Shown piece after piece: positions 8,093 through 17,456 of a DNA stretch of 64,000 bases. A model generated the notes under the pieces. That model saw nothing but the letters and a program-made list of their open reading frames with translations. It ran no database searches and was not told the origin of the DNA. The stretch lies in the NCBI GenBank assembly GCA_014730115.1, contig WJIU01000009.1:4575-68574 (forward strand), read 5' to 3'. Within the stretch, counting starts at the first letter, position 1. Every line of letters starts with the position of its first letter. Source of the stretch: Candidatus Micrarchaeota archaeon (lineage in GTDB: Archaea > Micrarchaeota > Micrarchaeia > Anstonellales > Bilamarchaeaceae). Position numbers and translations under genes: made by a program.

Positions 8093-9400
8093 ATGGATAG
8101 AATGCCTGTCTTGATCGCTTCTCTGAGCCTTTTTGCGCTGCTTCTTTTCGGATGTACGGCCCCGCCGGAAACGCCGGCCCTGAACGACTCCGAAGAACCG
8201 GAACAGGAAAACATTTCTGAAGGTGTAAACTATTCCAATAAAACAACCGCTGGAAGGCCAAAAGGAATAATGTTCATGATTGAGTATGAGAATACCACCG
8301 GGCTGTCCAATTTTGTAAATGAAATGGACAAAAGGGACATATCAGGACTTCTGATGGTGAGTCCGGAGTTCGTCAACAGCAACTGCGGGGATATAAAGCA
8401 GGTAATCAAGCACGATGTTGAGATTGTAGCCTGCAATGTGGAATCGCCCTTCTGGGACGCGCCTTACGATGAGCAGAAAGAAAGAATTATTGAAATGACA
8501 GAGGGAATAGAAAACTGTACCGGAGAACCGGTCAGGATAGTCTCCTCAAGATATTTTGCATCAGACATGAACACCATAAAAGTTGCGGAGGAGCTGGGAA
8601 TCCCCTATGTAACCGCAAGAGGAACGACAAACACAAAAGCAACAGTTTACCAGCCCGAAGGATATAATGTGTCGGTGCTTTCGGTTTCAAATATCCCCTG
8701 GGTTTTATTTGAGTATGGCAGCCTTTGCGACTATTCATTCTATGAAAGAGCAGGGACCCCGGAAAATATGTCCGAAGAATTGAGAAGGGCAGTGGAACCG
8801 CTGAGTGAAAAGGAGAAAGAGCGGTATGGTAAATACCACAGGATATCTCCGGTGTCCCATACCCGCATCGGAGGCCTACTCAGGCCCTGGAACGACATGT
8901 GGCTTGAATTCTGGGACACCACTGATGTGGAATGGGTCGGGCTGGACGAATTCATGGAAAATCCTGACTGGAGGATGCCTCTGTGGCAGCTTCCCATCAA
9001 CAAGAACGCTCCTTATACTGCCGAGAAAATCCGGCCCCTAACCCCTTATGAGGAGGAAGAAAAGGTCCAGAATCCCTGTGCAGCTCCCGGTATTGGTTCT
9101 GACGGAAACGCAAGTGCCCAGTACGTGGGTGACAGGATAGTCATGTACCACAACGGCCAGGGGGAGATGTGCCTGGAAGCCATGGATTTTCTGGAAACGG
9201 TCAACTACACTGTGGAAACGCATCTTGAAAATGAAACAGGTTTCGAATCTGAGCTGAATTCACTTATCGATGCGTATGGGGAAAGCAAAGGAAAATCCAG
9301 TTCTTATGGGTACTATCCGATAATATTCGTGAAAAACAAATCCTATTCGGGTTTCGGCGACCAGATAAAGAACGAGATTCTGGAGGGCATCTCTGAATAG
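8093..9400 (+). CDS. Secreted/lipid-anchored protein of unknown function with a C-terminal glutaredoxin-like (monothiol) domain
   Basis: Signal peptide with lipobox-like LLFGC and many NxS/T sequons. The C-terminal segment VMYHNGQGEMCLEAMDFL...YYPIIFVKNKSYSGF has a Trx/Grx fold pattern. Confidence 0.5.
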   Translation: MDRMPVLIASLSLFALLLFGCTAPPETPALNDSEEPEQENISEGVNYSNKTTAGRPKGIMFMIEYENTTGLSNFVNEMDKRDISGLLMVSPEFVNSNCGDIKQVIKHDVEIVACNVESPFWDAPYDEQKERIIEMTEGIENCTGEPVRIVSSRYFASDMNTIKVAEELGIPYVTARGTTNTKATVYQPEGYNVSVLSVSNIPWVLFEYGSLCDYSFYERAGTPENMSEELRRAVEPLSEKEKERYGKYHRISPVSHTRIGGLLRPWNDMWLEFWDTTDVEWVGLDEFMENPDWRMPLWQLPINKNAPYTAEKIRPLTPYEEEEKVQNPCAAPGIGSDGNASAQYVGDRIVMYHNGQGEMCLEAMDFLETVNYTVETHLENETGFESELNSLIDAYGESKGKSSSYGYYPIIFVKNKSYSGFGDQIKNEILEGISE

Positions 9401-9444
9401 CCCATTATTCTCCCTTTTTATTTGTTTTTCTGCAGAATTCACTT

Positions 9445-9789
9445 ATGACCGGCCGCAGGAGCGCAGTCCCCACCAGGACTGGGCAAAGTGCTTTTATCGT
9501 AGATGTGAGAGACTCGGAAAAGGGAGGGGGCAGCGGAATTGCTTTCACCTATTCCTTCTGGCATGAGAACCAGGAGTTCCAGTTCAACGTGCACTTCGGT
9601 TCCGAACAGGTTGCTGATCCTGAAGAGAGGAAAGGGGCTGTAGGCACTGCCAGAGACGAAATCGTACAGATTATTGAAACCCGGACCGGAAAAGAGCTCC
9701 AGCCTTTCCAGCTGAAAATGATTGAAAACGACCTGTCCAGCAGGATGAGGGCCCCCAGGCAGGAGAGAAGAGCCCCTATCCGGGGGTAG
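9445..9789 (+). CDS. Hypothetical protein
   Basis: ATG-initiated 114-aa ORF with ordinary composition. No motif was recognised. Confidence 0.4.
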   Translation: MTGRRSAVPTRTGQSAFIVDVRDSEKGGGSGIAFTYSFWHENQEFQFNVHFGSEQVADPEERKGAVGTARDEIVQIIETRTGKELQPFQLKMIENDLSSRMRAPRQERRAPIRG

Positions 9790-9881
9790 TGCCCTTACAC
9801 GGGTCTGTTTTTTCGTTAATTTTATAAATATTTATGAATATATATTCTTTATACTATTAAAAAGAAAATGAGGTGATTTGA

Positions 9882-10166
9882 ATGCCGTGGGGAGACGGAA
9901 CAGGCCCCTGGTGGGCAAACGGAAGATGGAACTGCTGGAATCGCGGGCGCGGATTTGGCAGGGGTTTCGGAGCCGGCTTTGGAAGAGGCTTCGGACGTTG
10001 GAACCGGGGGGGTTTCGGGTCCTATCCGGAGGGCGCGAATTATCAGCCAGCCCCCCAGATTCCAAGAGAACAGGAAATCAATGAGCTGAAATCCTATGCT
10101 GACGAGCTGAAGGCGGAATTGGAAGAAGTTAAAAGGAAGATAGCTGCTATTGAAAAGAGTGATTAA
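9882..10166 (+). CDS. DUF5320-like protein (W/RGG-rich N-terminus, coiled-coil C-terminus)
   Basis: Begins MPWGDGTGPWW...NRGRGFGRGFGAGFGRGFGRWNRGGFG, followed by ELKSYADELKAELEEVKRKIAAIE. GAGGTGA lies 5 nt before the ATG. Confidence 0.7.
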   Translation: MPWGDGTGPWWANGRWNCWNRGRGFGRGFGAGFGRGFGRWNRGGFGSYPEGANYQPAPQIPREQEINELKSYADELKAELEEVKRKIAAIEKSD

Positions 10167-10592
10167 ATGAAAATAGCAGTTTCAACCAATGAAGGCGGCC
10201 TGCAGGATGGTGTAGCCCCTGTCTTCGGCCGCTGCCCTACTTTTACCATAGTAACAGTTGAAGAAAAAAATATCAAAAATGCCAATGTTGTGCCCAATCC
10301 TGGAAGCAGGGCCGGGGGAGGGGCAGGGGTAGCCGCTGCCCAGGCAGTAATTGATGCCGGTGTTCAGGCAGTGATAACCCAGAACTGCGGGCCCAATGCA
10401 ATGGCGGTCCTGAAAAACGCAAAAATAGACGTATACATTTCTTCAGGCACCGTAGAATCTGCAGTAAAACAACTCCTTTCAGGAAATCTGAATGCAATAG
10501 ATGCGCCCAGCACGCCGGGATTCCCGGGGGGCCGGGGCTTCCGCAGAGGCGGCAGAGGATTCGGGCCGGGAAGAGGCGCAGGGCGATGGTAG
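10167..10592 (+). CDS. NifB/NifX-family (dinitrogenase FeMo-cofactor-binding fold) protein with RGG tail
   Basis: MKIAVSTNEGGLQDGVAPVFGRCPTFTIV...AVITQNCGPNAMAVLKNAKIDVY is typical of the family. The C-terminal tail is GFPGGRGFRRGGRGFGPGRGAGRW. Confidence 0.8.
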   Translation: MKIAVSTNEGGLQDGVAPVFGRCPTFTIVTVEEKNIKNANVVPNPGSRAGGGAGVAAAQAVIDAGVQAVITQNCGPNAMAVLKNAKIDVYISSGTVESAVKQLLSGNLNAIDAPSTPGFPGGRGFRRGGRGFGPGRGAGRW

Positions 10593-10617
10593 ATGCTGCT
10601 GGTTTTGAGACGATAGG

Positions 10618-11439
10618 ATGATTATAGGAGTTACCGGAGGCAAGGGCGGTACCGGGAAGACCGTTCTGGCGGTGAATCTGGCTGTTGCCCTTGCCGGGAA
10701 GGCAAGTGTGGCCTATCTTGACTGTGATGCGGACTGCCCCAGCGCCCACATTATCGTCGGTGCAGAACTGCAAAACAAACAAGGGGTTTATTCCTTTCTT
10801 CCTGAGTTCATTGAAGAAAAATGCACACACTGCGGTAAATGCACTTCGGTCTGCCAGTTTAATGCGCTTTATCAGCTGAAGGGAGAAGCCCCTACGCTGG
10901 TGGAATCTCTTTGCAGCGGATGCGGGGCATGCATGCTCGCCTGTCCGTTTGGCGCCATAAAGGAATCAAGAAAAACCATAGGATGGACACATGCTTACGA
11001 GAAATACGGCATAGATTTCTTTTCAGGGGAACTCAGGCCCGGAGAGCCCCTTTCCGAAAAAATAGTGGATGCAGTAAAGGAAAGGGGGCTGGCAAAAGAA
11101 TATGACATTGTAGTTGTGGATACTGCAGCAGGGGCACACTGCCAGGTAGTGTGTGCGCTGGAAGGATGCGACAAGGCGCTGGCAGTCACCGAGCCCACCC
11201 AATTCGGAATGCATGACCTTGAAGTAATCAGCGAAGTGCTGAACAAGCTGGGGATACCCTTCGAAACCATAGTCAACAGAAGCACCATATCGGATAAAAA
11301 GATTGAATCCTCCCTGGAGATACCCTATGACAAGAAAATGATTGAATGCTATGTAGAGGGGGTGCCCATCATTGAAAAATACCCTAAGCACCCAATCTCA
11401 AAAAAGATTGCTGAATTTGCAGAGAGGCTGATTAAATGA
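10618..11439 (+). CDS. MinD/ParA-type P-loop ATPase with inserted 2x[4Fe-4S] ferredoxin domain
   Basis: Deviant Walker A GGKGGTGKT, plus CTHCGKCTSVCQFNA and CSGCGACMLACPFGA. Confidence 0.85.
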   Translation: MIIGVTGGKGGTGKTVLAVNLAVALAGKASVAYLDCDADCPSAHIIVGAELQNKQGVYSFLPEFIEEKCTHCGKCTSVCQFNALYQLKGEAPTLVESLCSGCGACMLACPFGAIKESRKTIGWTHAYEKYGIDFFSGELRPGEPLSEKIVDAVKERGLAKEYDIVVVDTAAGAHCQVVCALEGCDKALAVTEPTQFGMHDLEVISEVLNKLGIPFETIVNRSTISDKKIESSLEIPYDKKMIECYVEGVPIIEKYPKHPISKKIAEFAERLIK

Positions 11440-12308
11440 AGATGGTTGTGCTCAGCGGAAAGGGAGGAACCGGCAAGTCATCATTTGTTTCATCACTGGC
11501 ACTTGGCTTGAAAGAAAAAAACCTGACCCTGGTGGATGCCGATGTAGACTGCCCGAACCAGCACATCCTGTTTTCCGGAAAAACAAAGAGCAGGACTCCG
11601 CTGCATGTTTCCAAGATTGCTGTTTTTGACGAGAGCAAAAGAATTGAATCCCCCCGCTGTGCCGAGGTCTGCCGCTTTGATGCAATCAAAATCATGGATG
11701 GAAAGGCAATAATCAGCAGTACCAAATGCGAGGGTTGCGGTGCATGTGTTCTGGTCTGCCCGGATGAATTAAAACTAGTGCCAAAGCTTAGCGGCCACCT
11801 TATTGTAAGGGAAACAAAGCATTTTCCTTTGGTTTACGGAAGGCTGGAGCCGGGGGAATCCGGAAGCGGCAGAATAATATTTGAAGTAAAGAAAGCAGCT
11901 GAAAAGCTTGCAGCTGAAAGAAAATCCCCCCTTACCATCGTTGATGCCCCGGCCGGAATCGGCTGTCCGGTAATTGCGGCGGTTACCGGCTGTGATTATG
12001 CAGTTGGGGTGGTTGAGCCCACTCCCGCAAGCATCAGGAATATGGAGAGGGCCCTGGATGTTGTAGGGCATTTCAATATCCCGTTTTCAATAGTCATGAA
12101 CAAGGAGGGGATATCGGCCAGGCATGAGGAGGCCATCAGAAAGAAATATGGTGACAGTCTGCTGGCCTGCATACCCTACGACGAAGAAACGCCCCGTCTG
12201 CTTGCCCGGGCAGTGCCCCCCATCAACGGAAAAGGGAAGGGGGCAGAAGGATTCAGGTCTGCAGTAAAGGCTGTTGGAAAACTTATGGGGGAAAGACATG
12301 ATTTTTGA
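11436..12308 (+). CDS. MinD/ParA-type P-loop ATPase with ferredoxin-like insert (second paralogue)
   Basis: Walker A SGKGGTGKSS, plus CAEVCRFDA and CEGCGACVLVCP. It overlaps the upstream gene by 4 nt. Confidence 0.85.
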   Translation: MKMVVLSGKGGTGKSSFVSSLALGLKEKNLTLVDADVDCPNQHILFSGKTKSRTPLHVSKIAVFDESKRIESPRCAEVCRFDAIKIMDGKAIISSTKCEGCGACVLVCPDELKLVPKLSGHLIVRETKHFPLVYGRLEPGESGSGRIIFEVKKAAEKLAAERKSPLTIVDAPAGIGCPVIAAVTGCDYAVGVVEPTPASIRNMERALDVVGHFNIPFSIVMNKEGISARHEEAIRKKYGDSLLACIPYDEETPRLLARAVPPINGKGKGAEGFRSAVKAVGKLMGERHDF

Positions 12309-12736
12309 ATTCCGGCCAATAGGGGTAATCCATACGCCTTTCAGAAACGAGAAAGAAATCCCCATACAGTCAAGGCTGTCCAGGGAAAATGGCAGAGTGG
12401 AGGTATTCGGGGAATACGAAAAGGGCCTTATGGGCATAGAGGGCTTCTCGCACATCCAGCTTCTCTATGTGTTTCACAAGAGAAAAGGCTGCTCGCTGCA
12501 GGTTGTCCCCTACCTGGACACTGAAGAAAGAGGCGTCTTTGCCACCCGCGCGCCTTCCCGGCCGAACGGCATCGGCCTCAGCGTGGTTGAGCTGCTGGAA
12601 AGAAAAGAAAATCTACTTGAGTTCAAAGGTGCCGATATGATTGACGGCACCCCCCCTGCTTGACATCAAGCCATATATTCCGGAATTTGATTCCAATGAA
12701 AATATCAAAACAGGGTGGATAACGGATAGGCTCTAA
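12298..12736 (+). pseudogene. tsaA: TsaA/YaeB-like tRNA methyltransferase interrupted by a +1 frameshift in a C7 run
   Basis: MIFEFRPIGVIHTPFRNEKEIPIQS...RAPSRPNGIGLSVVEL...MIDGTPPA stops at 12661-12663. The conserved LDIKPYIPEFD continues in the next frame to TAA 12734-12736. The C-run is 12650-12656. Confidence 0.75.
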
Positions 12737-12745
12737 AAACAGGAA

Positions 12746-13885
12746 TCATATGATTCCCAGCAACTGATTGAGCATCATCAGAAACAGGATAAAGAGAATC
12801 ACCCCTGAAAAAAGATGAATTTCCTTAATGTACTTATCTTTTGCGCTCTTCAGCTGGTCAACCGTGGTCCTGCCCAGGTATATTGCAACAGCGATGATGA
12901 CCATGGGAAGCACAAAGAAGAAGTTATACAGTATCAGGTAGGATATAGTCTGCAAAGTGGCTGCCTTTGCCAGCATGCCAAGAACCAGGAGATAGGGGCC
13001 GGATGAGCAGGGCACCAGGAACAGGGAGCAGAAAAGGGCAGCGATTGCTACGCCTGCAGGGGATGTTGCACCCTCAGTCGCTTTCTTTGCATAAGGACGC
13101 AAGAACATCGGCATCTCCACGGCCAGAAAGCCCGGCTTGTAATTGAAATAGGCATTGAACTCCATAAGTGAAAGCGCAAGTGCACCAACTGTGACTACTG
13201 CGTAGAAGATGGATGTCAGGTTCAAGGCAGTTATTGCCTTCATAATTCCCAGGCCGTATATCATATACATGATGAATATTACTGCTGCAAAAATCAGCCC
13301 GGAGATGAGCGCATTCTTTTTTCCTTTTGCGCTGATGATTGCGCCTATCAGAAGTATCATCACTGCTATTGTGCAGGGATTCACAGAATCCACGATTGCA
13401 GCGCCAATAAGGACGGAAAGCGTGAGGTCAGTTACGCCGTTTTTCTCTTCAATCGGGTCAATCCGTGATCCGTTTTCAGCTGGTTCGGTTTCATTTGCCG
13501 GCTCGTGGTCAGGCACCACAAAACTGGCATGGGTGAAAACGCCTTCCGGGCACCTCTCCTCTTCACAGGCATCGAACAGGTCGCGCCACTGGGACTCCTC
13601 CATCCCCCCGATTATCATCGTTCTGTCTTCCACAACAGTTGTAGGAACTCCGCCCTGGGCAACATCATAGCCGAAGTTCTCGTATTCGGAAAGCATCTTT
13701 GCCCTTTCCGACGCATGGTAATAGACCTCATGCTCGGTGAGATTAAGCTCGTAATCCTTTGAAAGCTCGGTGAACAGCTGGCTGGTAGAAGCACAATGCG
13801 GACAGCCCTGCCCGTAGTAAAAGTCTATTTCGATGGCAAAGCCCAGCGATACAAATAATAAAAACAAAACACAGAACCTTTTCAT
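12746..13885 (-). CDS. Fusion of an exported thioredoxin/glutaredoxin-like domain (CPHC) with a CcdA/DsbD-type membrane thiol-disulfide transporter
   Basis: Signal peptide, then DFYYGQGCPHCAST. Polytopic C-terminal half with VNPCTIAVMILLIG and LVPCSSGPYL, the two CcdA cysteines. Confidence 0.8.
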   Translation of the reverse strand: MKRFCVLFLLFVSLGFAIEIDFYYGQGCPHCASTSQLFTELSKDYELNLTEHEVYYHASERAKMLSEYENFGYDVAQGGVPTTVVEDRTMIIGGMEESQWRDLFDACEEERCPEGVFTHASFVVPDHEPANETEPAENGSRIDPIEEKNGVTDLTLSVLIGAAIVDSVNPCTIAVMILLIGAIISAKGKKNALISGLIFAAVIFIMYMIYGLGIMKAITALNLTSIFYAVVTVGALALSLMEFNAYFNYKPGFLAVEMPMFLRPYAKKATEGATSPAGVAIAALFCSLFLVPCSSGPYLLVLGMLAKAATLQTISYLILYNFFFVLPMVIIAVAIYLGRTTVDQLKSAKDKYIKEIHLFSGVILFILFLMMLNQLLGII

Positions 13886-13964
13886 CGTATCATTTTTCTC
13901 CCCGAATTTTTATATTTCTGATATGCACGTAAAGATTTTTAAAAAATTTGGATATATATTCATT

Positions 13965-14264
13965 ATGGTGCGCCCCAGAAAGTCCAAAAGAGTCCATGCC
14001 GAGCCGGAGGTAACCTATTTCAAGCCCAGAGGCATACCGCTCCGGGAGCTTGAAGAAGTGGAAATTACTCTGGGGGAATTCGAGGCAATAAGGCTGAATG
14101 ACCTTGAAAATATGAAGCAGACCGAGGTTGCTAAAGAAATGGGCATATCCCAGCCTACCCTGCACCGGTTGCTTCAGAATGCACATGAAAAGATAGCAAG
14201 GGCTCTTTCCGAGGGAAAGGCAATCAAGATATTCGGCGGAACCTACGAGATAAGAAAAAGATAA
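13965..14264 (+). CDS. DUF134 (UPF0251) DNA-binding protein
   Basis: MVRPRKSKRV...YFKPRGIPLRELEEVEITLGEFEAIRLNDLENMKQTEVAKEMGISQPTLHRLL has a sigma-70 region-4-like HTH. A TATA-like GATATATATT lies just upstream. Confidence 0.8.
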   Translation: MVRPRKSKRVHAEPEVTYFKPRGIPLRELEEVEITLGEFEAIRLNDLENMKQTEVAKEMGISQPTLHRLLQNAHEKIARALSEGKAIKIFGGTYEIRKR

Positions 14265-14270
14265 CTGCCT

Positions 14271-14744
14271 TCAGTACTCCTTTAGCTTTCTGAGGATATC
14301 CCTGGCAAACTGCTCAGCCTTTCTTAAATCCTCCTTATTGGGCCTTCCCCTGTTTATCCCCCCAAAAATGCCGAGAAGGCCATAAGTGTCATAGCCCCGG
14401 CAGGAGAATCCCCCGGCCACCTCAAATCCCTTTTCCTGTAGAATTTTCCTCATGTGGGAGTCATAGCTGTTGAGCAGGGAGGGCCCGGTTCCGCTGGTTG
14501 AGAAGAAGAATGCCCTCTTTCCTCCGGCAGGAGGAAGTCTTTCAATCAGGGAAAGAATTTCCTGGTGCAGCTTTCCGAAATAGACCCCTGAGCCAAACCC
14601 CAACACGTCTGCCTTTCCAAGGGCCTCGGGATTCTCCAGCTCTCCGGCCTCAACAAGTTCCGCATCCAGCACCCTGGCAATTGTCTCGGCTACCTTCCTG
14701 GTGTTTCCATGATGGGTTGATTTGAAGACCACTATTGTTTTCAT
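14271..14744 (-). CDS. Flavodoxin-domain protein
   Basis: MKTIVVFKSTHHGNTRKVAETIARVL...VLGFGSGVYFGKLH follows a flavodoxin-like pattern. Confidence 0.7.
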   Translation of the reverse strand: MKTIVVFKSTHHGNTRKVAETIARVLDAELVEAGELENPEALGKADVLGFGSGVYFGKLHQEILSLIERLPPAGGKRAFFFSTSGTGPSLLNSYDSHMRKILQEKGFEVAGGFSCRGYDTYGLLGIFGGINRGRPNKEDLRKAEQFARDILRKLKEY

Positions 14745-14766
14745 AAAGCACACCCTGGGGCCAGCA

Positions 14767-15027
14767 CTAGCTTTTTTCCAGATGCCTCATCCCCTTTTCT
14801 GTAATACAGAGCGTGACCCCGATGCGGGGCTTTGCCTTTGCAATGGGGCAGTCCAGGCAGGCCGGCGAATCCTTCGGGCATTTAAGGCTGTCCGAAGAAA
14901 GGTAGCCCTGCCTCTCCAGGGTTTTAAGGGCGGTTATTACCGCCGATTCCTGCATATCCATTTTCTCGGCAATTTCCGAAACAGAACGGCATCCCTCATT
15001 TATGGATTTTAGTATTTTTTTCAGCAT
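14767..15027 (-). CDS. FeoC-like winged-helix protein with cysteine cluster
   Basis: HTH segment SVSEIAEKMDMQESAVITALKTLERQGYL plus CPKDSPACLDCP. It lies immediately downstream of feoB in the same orientation. Confidence 0.55.
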   Translation of the reverse strand: MLKKILKSINEGCRSVSEIAEKMDMQESAVITALKTLERQGYLSSDSLKCPKDSPACLDCPIAKAKPRIGVTLCITEKGMRHLEKS

Positions 15028-15031
15028 GTCA

Positions 15032-17062
15032 TCACCCGAAACCAAGCATCATGCCCGCATGCAGCACCATATATGAAACAAGCCAGGCCAGAACAAGAGA
15101 ATATGCCACCGAAAATGCTGCCCATTTCAGGGAGCCGGATTCCTTCCAGATTACGGAAACCGTGGCGATGCAGGGCACGTAAAGAAGAGTAAAGACCATG
15201 AATACATATGCCTGCAGGGGCGTCCAGGCACCGGCGATGCTCTCCTGAAGGGCCCCTTCCTCCGCAACCCCGTAAAGAATGCCAAATGCGGATATCACAA
15301 CCTCCTTGGCAAAGAAGCCGAAGACAAGAGCGACCGTTCCAATCCAGTCAAAACCGAGAGGAGCAAAAAGCGGTGCCAGCATTTCACCAAGCAGGCCTAT
15401 GTAGCTTTCCCGGCCGCCATAGGCCGCTTCCTCCGGAAAACTGGCCAGAAACCAGATAACCACCGCAACCAGGAAAATATACGTCCCGGCTGTCTTTACA
15501 AAAAGCTTAGTTCTCTCCCAGGTGTGCAGAAGAATTCCTTTTATGGTGGGAAACTGGTAGGGCGGAAGCTCCATCACAAAAGGCGCTCTGGGCCCTGGAA
15601 AAAGGAATTTCCGGAAAAGGAAGCCAAAGAAAACAACAAGTACAAGAGAAAGCACTACCAGGGACCAAACAACCTGCCCTGCAACCTCTGGAGAGAAAAA
15701 TGCGCCAGCAATAAACACAAAGACCACCATTCTCGCGCTGCAAGGCACAAGTGTGGAGACCAGCATAGTTATAAGCCGGTCCTTCTCATTGTCAAGGTTT
15801 CTGGTAGCCATCACTGCCGGAATATTGCACCCGAAAGCAACGATCATTGAAATAAAAGACTTGCCGTGTAGGCCCATTTTGCTCATGATGCCATCCATCA
15901 CAAAAGCAGCCCTCGCCATATAGCCGCTGTCCTCCAGAACCGCAATTGCCAGGAACAGAAGCGCAATGTTGGGAAGAAACACCAGCACATTTCCCATACC
16001 CTGTATTATTCCTTCGGAAATGAGGCTGGCCAGCCACTCCGGAGCAGCACAAGCGGCCAGGGCCGCTTCGGCCTGCACCGCAACGATTTCAAGCATCTGC
16101 TCAATCAGATAAACAAAAGGCTCTCCGGCAATAAACACCATTTGATAAAGAAGGTACATCACAACAAGGAATATGGGTATCCCCAGCCACCTGTTGGTGA
16201 CGACCCGGTCGATCTTGTCAGAAGCGGTTATCCTTTCAACCGCTGTTCTTTTTACAACCTTTTTGAAGAGCCCGTGGATAAAGCCGTATCTTTTATCAGC
16301 AATTTCAATATCAGTGTCTTCGCCATAAACATCTTCCGCCTGCCTGATGAACTTTTCAAATTCTTTGCCAAAGATACCGGGGTCGGTTTTCTTTAGTTTT
16401 TCCAGCACTTCCTTGTCCTTTTCTATTAATTTTACTGCAATCCACCTGGCGCTGTATTTTTCTGAAAGTTTCGGGGCATGGCTCTTCAGATGCCGGACAA
16501 GCTCACCTATCTTCGGCTCCAGGTCTTTCCCATAATTTATACTGAACTCCTTTCCGGGTTTCTTGCCCGCGGCTTCCAGTGATTCCTCAACAAGCCTTTC
16601 CACACCTTTTTCCCTGTTTGCTATTGTGGAAACCACCGGAATGCCCAATAGCCTGGAAAGGTTTCTTTCGTCGATTCTGAAACCCCTCCGGCGGGCAATA
16701 TCCACCATGTTGAGGCAGAGCACCACATTCGCACCCAGTTCAAGAAGCTGGACGGTCAGGTAAAGGTTTCTTTCCAGGTTTGAGGCGTCGGCAATATCGA
16801 TTACAACATCCGGCTTTTCATTTACAATAAAGTTCCGGGCAATCAGTTCCTCAAGGGAAAATGCACTTAGGGAGTAGGTACCCGGAAGGTCCACCACCTC
16901 CACATTTTTCCTGTCCCTGAGCTGGCCCCACCTCTTTTCAACTGTTTTTCCGGGCCAGTTGCCCACCTGCTGCTTTGAGCCGGTAAGGGCATTGAATATT
17001 GTGCTTTTGCCGGTATTGGGGTTTCCGGCAAGTGCAATCGCCTGCTTTTTCTTTGAAGTCAT
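15032..17062 (-). CDS. feoB: Ferrous iron transporter FeoB
   Basis: N-terminal G-domain [16 protein letters not shown] and DLPGTYSL, followed by a polytopic membrane domain; 676 aa. Confidence 0.95.
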   Translation of the reverse strand: MTSKKKQAIALAGNPNTGKSTIFNALTGSKQQVGNWPGKTVEKRWGQLRDRKNVEVVDLPGTYSLSAFSLEELIARNFIVNEKPDVVIDIADASNLERNLYLTVQLLELGANVVLCLNMVDIARRRGFRIDERNLSRLLGIPVVSTIANREKGVERLVEESLEAAGKKPGKEFSINYGKDLEPKIGELVRHLKSHAPKLSEKYSARWIAVKLIEKDKEVLEKLKKTDPGIFGKEFEKFIRQAEDVYGEDTDIEIADKRYGFIHGLFKKVVKRTAVERITASDKIDRVVTNRWLGIPIFLVVMYLLYQMVFIAGEPFVYLIEQMLEIVAVQAEAALAACAAPEWLASLISEGIIQGMGNVLVFLPNIALLFLAIAVLEDSGYMARAAFVMDGIMSKMGLHGKSFISMIVAFGCNIPAVMATRNLDNEKDRLITMLVSTLVPCSARMVVFVFIAGAFFSPEVAGQVVWSLVVLSLVLVVFFGFLFRKFLFPGPRAPFVMELPPYQFPTIKGILLHTWERTKLFVKTAGTYIFLVAVVIWFLASFPEEAAYGGRESYIGLLGEMLAPLFAPLGFDWIGTVALVFGFFAKEVVISAFGILYGVAEEGALQESIAGAWTPLQAYVFMVFTLLYVPCIATVSVIWKESGSLKWAAFSVAYSLVLAWLVSYMVLHAGMMLGFG

Positions 17063-17292
17063 TCAGTTTCAACCATTATTTTGGCGGCTTCTCCCCGGCC
17101 CAGTGCCATTCTTCCTGAACCCTTGAGCTCCACAATGAGGGGGCCGGAGGGCCCTGCCCGGATTACCCTTACAGTGGTTCCCTTGGCAAATCCAAGTTCT
17201 GCCATCCTTTTTCTGCACTGCCATCCGGCGCAAAGCTCAACAACAATCGCGCTGCTCCCTTCTTCCAAATCGCTCAAAGGTATGGTTGCCAC
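17059..17292 (-). CDS. feoA: FeoA
   Basis: The 77-aa SH3-like sequence [15 protein letters not shown]...[46 protein letters not shown] overlaps feoB by 4 nt. The start codon is GTG. Confidence 0.85.
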   Translation of the reverse strand: MATIPLSDLEEGSSAIVVELCAGWQCRKRMAELGFAKGTTVRVIRAGPSGPLIVELKGSGRMALGRGEAAKIMVETE

Positions 17293-17348
17293 AAAAACAC
17301 CAACAGTTAGTCTTGTGCTAATTGAAGTTAGGAAAATAAATAAATGTC

Positions 17349-17363
17349 CCTAATAAAATTAGG
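17349..17363. promoter_or_regulatory. Palindrome CCTAATAAAATTAGG in the feoA upstream region (candidate metalloregulator operator)
   Basis: 6-bp arms CCTAAT/ATTAGG with a 3-nt spacer, about 60 nt upstream of the feoA start. It abuts the AT-rich TATA-like ATTTATTTATTTT on the feoA strand. The same hexamers flank the dtxR-like gene at 42116-42133. Confidence 0.5.
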
Positions 17364-17456
17364 TAAAGCAAATTTAGTCTATTGACGAACCTATACCTTA
17401 ATTATATTTATTATTATAGTAAAAGAATATTGATATCAATAAGAGAGGTGTAATTG

